A DNA stretch of 63,487 nucleotides, the filler included, from Reclinomonas americana ATCC 50394 (lineage: Eukaryota): the NCBI GenBank assembly GCA_048213135.1. It is 17 parts of 17 records of this genome, joined end to end, with 100 filler letters (N's around TTAATTAATTAA, not from the genome) between each part and the next. Parts side by side here need not be neighbours in the genome. Positions count along the whole stretch, not along the records: positions 53,900 to 57,998 come from AFZH01023376.1; positions 58,099 to 59,263 come from AFZH01023378.1; positions 59,364 to 62,008 come from AFZH01023379.1; positions 62,109 to 63,487 come from AFZH01023398.1; 13 more parts are not named here. One strand, 5' to 3'. The translations under genes and the position numbers were made by a program. Below, piece by piece: positions 56,882 to 63,487 of the stretch. How positions within the stretch are numbered: position 1 is the stretch's first letter; every line of letters starts with the position of its first letter. Below the pieces are notes generated by a model. The model ran no database searches. It had not been told where the DNA came from and was given only the letters and a program-made list of their open reading frames with translations.

Positions 56882-59062
56882 GTCGGTGAGTCGGAGGGAG
56901 AGAAGGCTGCTGCTGGTGATCGTGAGTTGTTTTTCGTGTCTTGCGAGGAAGAGTGGGTGAACATGCGGGATGCAGATTGAAGAAGAGTGGATGACTGACG
57001 CGAGGAGAGAAGTCGACGTGGATGATGCAGAACTGTTCTCTGTGCTTGTTCCCCTGTCTTGTGAATGTGAGTGAGAGGTCGTGAAGCACGTCTCCCTCTG
57101 TAGGCGTGCCTCTTTCTCACCTCCGTTTGTGTGTGCGAGCGAGATGAATCACTTGGTAGTCTGTGATTTCATTTCCCCTCGTTGTGATGTCTGTTGTGCG
57201 TGCATCTTTCGTCGCTGATATACGTGCCTCATGAGAGCGAGTCACCATTGTCTGTTTCCCTCGCGTCTTGTTTTTCGCACCTCCTTGGCACCGCCATACT
57301 CTGCTGCACGTGCGCCGCGGACATTCTCCTTCCGGTTCTGAAGAATGCCTGTCTTTCAGCTCACTTTTTCCTGCCTCCTGCAGAGTCTATCTCTTTCTCC
57401 ACCATGTCCCTCCTTTGTGCGCTCATCTGCTTCCCCAGTCATCCACCCCTCCTTGCCGCACACGCTCGAGGCCGAACATGCTGGTCCGCTCACCGTGTTC
57501 CGATTGCCATCCTGCCTGTCCATCATGGTGAGCTTCCCGACTCCGAAGTGTGTGAGGTGGCGTACCTGCATACTGACTCTGCTCCTTCTCTCCCTTGCAG
57601 GATGGTTGTGTAAGCGTCCCTTGGCTTGCCTCTTGACAAACGCGTGTTGGTATCAGGTGCTGATCGGTGTGTTCGTCATTGAGACAGAGCAGATTTCTCT
57701 CCTCGTCCTGCATTCCTTTTGCTCACATCGCACACACATGCAGACACCTTGGAAGCACATATTGCTCGTTGGTTGTGACGATGACAGGCGCGCTGTGCAT
57801 TGCCCGTTACCGGCTGTCACCTCACTCAGTTGGCTCCACACCCGTTCGCGAAGCAGGTGTGTGGCCCTGTTCTTCGTGATCTCTTTTCCTCCTTTCCTCC
57901 CACTCACCTCATCCATGCAGGCCGTGCGTGTCGTGGAGTGCATGGCGAGATGGGTGTACACATGTGTGTCGTGATGTGCGATGGATGGCCTGGTCGGANN
58001 NNNNNNNNNNNNNNNNNNNNNNNNNNNNNNNNNNNNNNNNNNTTAATTAATTAANNNNNNNNNNNNNNNNNNNNNNNNNNNNNNNNNNNNNNNNNNNNAG
58101 ATGATGCTGGTGGCCATGGAAGACTGCAGACGCGTGCTCGGCAATCTACTCATGGGTGGACACATGCGTGTCGTGTTTCCCGATGGGTGGCCTGGTCGGT
58201 GGATCGTTCTCGATCCCGGTTGGCAAGTCAGAGCGGATCGATGATGTGCGCTTCTTGGTTGCTGCTGTCGCCGCCAAGTAATGATGGTGATGGCCATGGG
58301 AGACAGCAGATACGTGCGCGTGGCCTGGTGCGTACGTGTTCTGCATCTGCGTTGAGGAGTAAGTTGGTGAGACTTGGAGATTGACTGACTCAGTTCTGTG
58401 TGACAGGCGTGCTGGCAAGTGACTCGTCACTGGCATGCGAAGACACGTGGTTCCGTGCCACACAGTGCATGCATGAGACAATGCACCGACCGACTGTGAG
58501 TATGATTGAAGGCGCGAGGCATTGACTGTGACTTGGGTGAGAGGAGGCGAGTCTCACAACACAGCTACCACTTCCATCGCTTGCTGCTGTGCTGGTTGCT
58601 CCTCCTCTATCCCTTGTGACTCTCCTTCTTCATTGTCTCACCGCGATCTCGCTGTGGGCCGAGCCAAGGAGGTGTGAGGTGTCGCTGACTCGGTGCTTTA
58701 TGGATTCTCGGGTGTGCTTTGCTATGGTATCAGTACAACTGCGCCACAGCTGCGCATCCAAGCAGCCCGACATTCCAATCCTCGTTGGCAGAGAATGCTG
58801 GCCGGTCTCGATGTAATGGAGCGCCAACCTCGTGTCACCACCACCACCTTGCAGGTCCATTCTGCCCATATCGCGAGTCCCATGTCGGTCTTCGAAAGCT
58901 CACGCGCATCATCGGAACCGCATCGCTCACACACACCGCATGATGCGTGGGGTGCTGGCTGCAGCGCAGCGAGGGATGCGGGACGTCTCAGAGCAAGGCG
59001 GGAGAAGAAAGGCGGGAGACGGTGACAATCCCGAGCGAGCAAATCGCACACACACACGGAGA

Positions 59063-59713
59063 ATGGCAACAAAGGTGTGAATGTGTGCGCACTTTGCGTG
59101 GTTGGTGTCTGCGCGTGCATTCGCAGCGTGTGCTTCTGCGTGTGTGCACGTGCGGTTGTTGTTCTTTGTGTTGTTGTGCATGTCTTCTAAAGTTGATGTT
59201 GTGTGTGCGTCTCACCACGAGTGATCGACACAGATCATTCAGAGTCGCGCTGCTGCAGTGAGANNNNNNNNNNNNNNNNNNNNNNNNNNNNNNNNNNNNN
59301 NNNNNNNTTAATTAATTAANNNNNNNNNNNNNNNNNNNNNNNNNNNNNNNNNNNNNNNNNNNNTCTCTCCCGATGGCCAGCACATTGTAGGTGGGAGCGG
59401 AGACGGCACAATTCGGATGTGGTCTCTGGCGAGCGGGGAGGAAGTACGACAGTTGGAGGGACACACTGGATGGGTGTCGTGTGTGGCCGTCTCTCCCGAT
59501 GGGCAGCACATTGTGAGTGCGGATGGCCAAGACAAGACGGTGCGAGTGTGGTCCACACCGCGCGGCCTTGCTCGCGTCGAGCTCGACGCCGCGCGCTTGG
59601 CCATGCGAGCTGTGCAGGAGATGCAGGAGGGAGAAGATTCGCGGTGTCTTCCCGAGCTGGTTCTGCGCTGTTTCATCGTCGAAGATGCCGAGGTCGTCTC
59701 ATTCTGGTGCTGA
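59063..59713 (+). CDS. Second array copy of the WD40 gene, middle lost in the gap 59264-59363
   Basis: Exon 1 MATK 59063-59074, intron to 59242, then after the gap two repeats and the tail RCLPELVLRCFIVEDAEVV. Confidence 0.82.
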
Positions 59714-61723
59714 GTCGGTGAGTCGGAGGGAGTGAGGGAGAAGGTGGCTGCTGGAGAATGTGAGTTGTTTTTCGTGTCTTGCGCGGGGGTGCGGGTGATC
59801 ATGCAGGGTGCTGGAGGGAGAAGAGAGGACGACAGGGGAAAGAGAAGTCGACGTGGATGATGCAGAACTGTTCTCTGTGCTTGTTCCCGTGAATGTGAGT
59901 GAGAGGTCGTGAAGCACGTTTCCCTCTGCATGCGTGTCTCCTTCTCACCTCTATTTGTGTGTGCGAGCGCGATGAATCACTTGGTAGTCTGTTGTGTCTT
60001 TTTGTCTCGTTGTGATGTCTGTTGTGCGTGCTTCTTCCGTCTTATTCGTGCATGTGTGTGCCTCAGGAGGGCGAGCCGCCGTTGTCTATTTCCTCGCGTC
60101 TTCATTCGCACACTTCCTTGGCATCACCGCCCTGCTTCCCATTGTGCCTGTGCGCCGCGGACATTCTCTTTCCGGTTCTGAAAAATGCCTGTCATTCAGC
60201 TCTCCCCCTTTTTGTCCCTTGCAGAGTTTCTCTCTTTCTCCGCCGTCTCCCTCCTTTGTGCGCTTATCTTCTTCCCCAGTCATGTGCCCCATCCTTCCCG
60301 CACAAGGTCGATCCGAGTATCTGCTCAATATGCGCCGGCTGCGATTCAGCCGTCGTGTTGGGCAGTCCATCATGGTTAGCATTTCGACACCGAAGTGTGT
60401 GAGGTGACATGACTGCAGACTGACTCTGCTCACTCTACTCTCCTTTGCAGGATGGTTGTGTGAGCGTCCCTTGGCTTGCTTCTTGCCCAAACGCGTGTTG
60501 GCATCAGATGCTGATCGGTGTGTTCGTCACGTGAGACAGAGCAGATATCTCTCCTTCCTCCATTCCTTTTTCTCACTGCGCACCGACATGCAGGCACCTT
60601 GGAAGCACGTTCTTGTCATCGGCCGTGACGATGACAGACGTGCTGTACATCGCCCGCTACCGGCTGTCACCTCACTCAGTTGGCTCCACACCCGTTCACG
60701 AAGCAGGTGTGTGGCCATGGCCTTGTTCGGCGTGATCTTTCTTTCCTCTTTCCCTCCCACTCACCTCATTCGTGCAGGCCGTGCTCGTCAAGGAGTGCGT
60801 GGTGGGAGGATGTACACATGTGCGTCGTGATGTGTAATGGATGGCCTTGTCGGAGGATCGTTTTCAATCCCGGCTGGCGAGTCGGAGCAGATCGATGATG
60901 TACACACCTTGGTTGCTGTTGTCACTGCCAGGTGACAACGGTGGTGGCCATGGGGGACAGCAGACACGTGCAAGGCCTGCAACACATGGTGCGTTCATGC
61001 ATTTTCTGCGGCGAGACTTGAGATTGACTGACTCAATTCTGTGTTTGATCTGAACGCAGGCGTGCTGGTAAGTAGTTTGCCACTGACATGCATGCAACAT
61101 GACCACATGTTGTTCCATGCCTCACAGTGCATGCGCGAGACGATTCACCGACAGACTGTGAGTGTGATTGAAGGCACGCGCGCACGAGGCATTGATTGTG
61201 ATTTGGGTGAAGAGAGACGAGTCTCACGACACGGCTGCCTGTTCCATCGTTGTGCTGCTGTGCTGGTCTCTCCTCTCCTGTTCCGTGTGGCTCTCGTTCT
61301 TTCTTGTACCATCATCAACCTCGCTGTGGACCGATCCAATGAGGTGTGCGGTTTCGATGACTCGGTTCTCATTGGATTCTTGTGACAACATGAACAACAG
61401 GGCCACAGCTGCACATCCAAGCAGCCCGACAATCCAGTCCTCGTTGGCAGAGAATGCAGGTCAGTCAAAAGAGAGTGTCGTTGAACAGCAGCGCGATGCA
61501 GTGGAGCGCGACCTGGTGTCACCACCGCCTGCATGTCCATTCTGTCGACTTCGCATCGACGAGTCTCATGTCGGTCTTCGAAAGCCCACACGCACCGCAT
61601 TGCTCACACACTACCGCATGCTATGTGGGGTGCTGGCTACAGCCTGGCGAGGGATGGACGACGTCTCAGAGCAAGGCGGGAGAAGAAAGGCGGGAGAAAC
61701 GGTGACAATCCCGAGCGAGCAAG

Positions 61724-61771
<48 letters not shown>

Positions 61772-61964
61772 GCACCCACGTGAGAACAGACTCTTCGTTT
61801 ACCACCGAGAGTACCAACCAAGTGGCTGGTTCTCCGAAGAGCGCAAGTCAACAGAAGCGAACCTGTCAAGAGAGGGCACAAGTGACATTTATCCTTCCTC
61901 TTTTCCAATGGGATTCGTGTGTTTGGCTGTTGCTCTCTCTTTGTGTTCAGCTCACCATGACTGG

Positions 61965-62008
61965 TCAACTCAGGTCTTGCGAGGTCACATAGACACGGTC
62001 CGAGGTGT
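61965..62008 (+). CDS. Probable start of a third WD40 copy, cut by contig end
   Basis: TQVLRGHIDTVRGV at the position where earlier units begin their WD40 exon. Confidence 0.45.
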
Positions 62009-62639
62009 NNNNNNNNNNNNNNNNNNNNNNNNNNNNNNNNNNNNNNNNNNNNTTAATTAATTAANNNNNNNNNNNNNNNNNNNNNNNNNNNNNNNNNNNN
62101 NNNNNNNNAGTCGCCGGCGCAATCGTGGTGGATGAAGGTTGCAGATCTAGATGCAGATGCAGGGAGACAGGGTTTCGAGGGGGAGGGCTATTAGAATGAA
62201 GACAGCAGCCGAGGTTTATTCATGACGGCAAGCACGGCTGCGCGTGCATGAAGGCCTGGTGACTTTGTACACATGTGTCGGAGAGTGAGCCAAGTTGTCT
62301 GCAGCTGCAGTTCGAAGAGAACCACAATACGTTGCAGGTAGGTTGCAGCTTCGTATTCCAATTAGCATCTGCTGTAGTTTGCAGCTCCTTTGGGAGCTGG
62401 GGCAAGTCCTGGTCGACCTTTGGAGGTATGGGGACATTCTGCGACGGTTTCATTGCTCGCGCAGCTTTTCGCATTATTGTATCGCACGAGAGAAGATCGA
62501 TTGATGCAGGACTCTCCCCGTGAATGGGAGGCTCGAGTTTCGTCTCCACCCCCTCTCTCTCACACGCACACACTCGCACACAGACACACACGCGCCTTGT
62601 GTGTGAAAGTGAGACTCATTTGTGTAACTGATTCGATAG

Positions 62640-63364
62640 GCGTCTCGGGTGGCACGCGTTATCTCCGACGCCGATGTGCTTGGTTTGCGCTCTGACACAC
62701 TGGCGTTGTACGAGCTCTGTCTGGAGCAGCTTACGGTGAGTGTGACACGAGATTGTGTGTTGAGTGAGCACAGGGTGTTTGTGGTGAGAGTGGAAAATGA
62801 GTGTGTTCGAGTGGGGGCAAGGTGCGTAGCAAGTTGATTGAAATACTGATTTGGCCCAATCACGCATCACAGGGCAACTGTGTGGAGTCGGCCATCAAGA
62901 CGGTGTGGTGGAAGCACGCACTGTTGCACGCACAGGAGTCCGGCGGCATACTGTACGACGCTCTGTTGCAGGTAGATTGGATACAGCAGCAATCACCTGT
63001 TTCCGTCAATGGTGACCCACCCTCGCGTCTGTGTGTACATAAAGGACGAGGAGAAGTCGGACGTGCGGGTTCATGTCACGGTGCGTGGCAATGCCCGACG
63101 TCAGTCGGACCCTACGCTTCCGCCTCTGCTCGACGAAGCATCGTCGCCGTCACCGGCTGCTCCGCTCCCGCGACCGCAGACTGCTTCTTCCGGCGACGCT
63201 CCTCGACGACCTCGGCGCTCGTTTGGGAGTGGTGGTGGCGGAGCTGGAGCTGGAGCTGGGCCCAAGGGTGCCACTTTGGAGCACACATCATCGTTGCCGT
63301 CGCTGGGCGCACGCCGCGTCAGTGGTGTGACCTCTCGCGATCCCTCTCCCGGACCGTTGGGTAG
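62640..63364 (+). CDS. Possible fragments of an unidentified spliced gene or pseudogene
   Basis: LGLRSDTLALYELCLEQLT ends at a GTGAGT donor. GNCVESAIKTVWWKHALLHAQ follows a CACAG acceptor. No recognisable domain. Confidence 0.3.
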
Positions 63365-63487
63365 TTTCGTCTTTTTTTTTTCCCGCTCATACCCTCCCTG
63401 CCTCCTGTGCTTGAGACGTAACCTCTACTTGTTTCTTTGTCGTCGTCGTCCTCAGGGAGCGCGTCGGCAGGGCGCATGTGGGATCGG

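Larger units (their letters stand above)
53900..62008 (+). repeat. Tandem array of at least three ~3.3-kb units (decayed spliced gene plus WD40 gene)
   Basis: Homologous unit starts near 53900, 57180 and 60010. Shared blocks such as GCGCCGCGGACATTCTC and GAGCAAGGCGGGAGAAGAAA occur in the same order in each unit. Confidence 0.9.

Overview
The window is not one continuous locus. It is 17 contigs joined by 16 artificial 100-nt linkers (N44-TTAATTAATTAA-N44) and comes from two kinds of organism. (1) 8092-21536 is five contigs of a GC-rich, intron-less alphaproteobacterium (Rhizobiales, Bosea-like by gene content). It carries xerD, pabB, a CorC/HlyC protein, a Ca/H antiporter, a TRAP solute-binding protein, an ABC exporter and an Asp/Glu racemase. 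It also has tRNA-Arg(CCT) with a tyrosine integrase and a soluble FtsH-like AAA protease on its 5' side. (2) Everything else is an intron-rich, microsatellite-rich microbial eukaryote with mostly 57-80 nt GT-AG introns. Its genes include a candidate HEPN RNase, a signal-peptide methyltransferase, a membrane aspartyl protease, endonuclease V, an acylated NACHT-pentapeptide-WD40 NLR-like gene, LRRCC1/VFL1, a sacsin-like GHKL ATPase with a DUF3883 nuclease domain, ATG16L and a tandem array of near-identical-repeat WD40 genes. The most unusual observations are: a recurrent class of shifted 5' splice sites (mostly A/GTTGYG); a tRNA-Arg(TCT) with an 11-nt insertion between the acceptor and D stems; a micro-exon gene for a 62-aa peptide that is 50% histidine; many stop-free introns whose length is a multiple of three; and a set of innate-immunity-like genes. 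All gene models were spliced by eye and no database searches were run.
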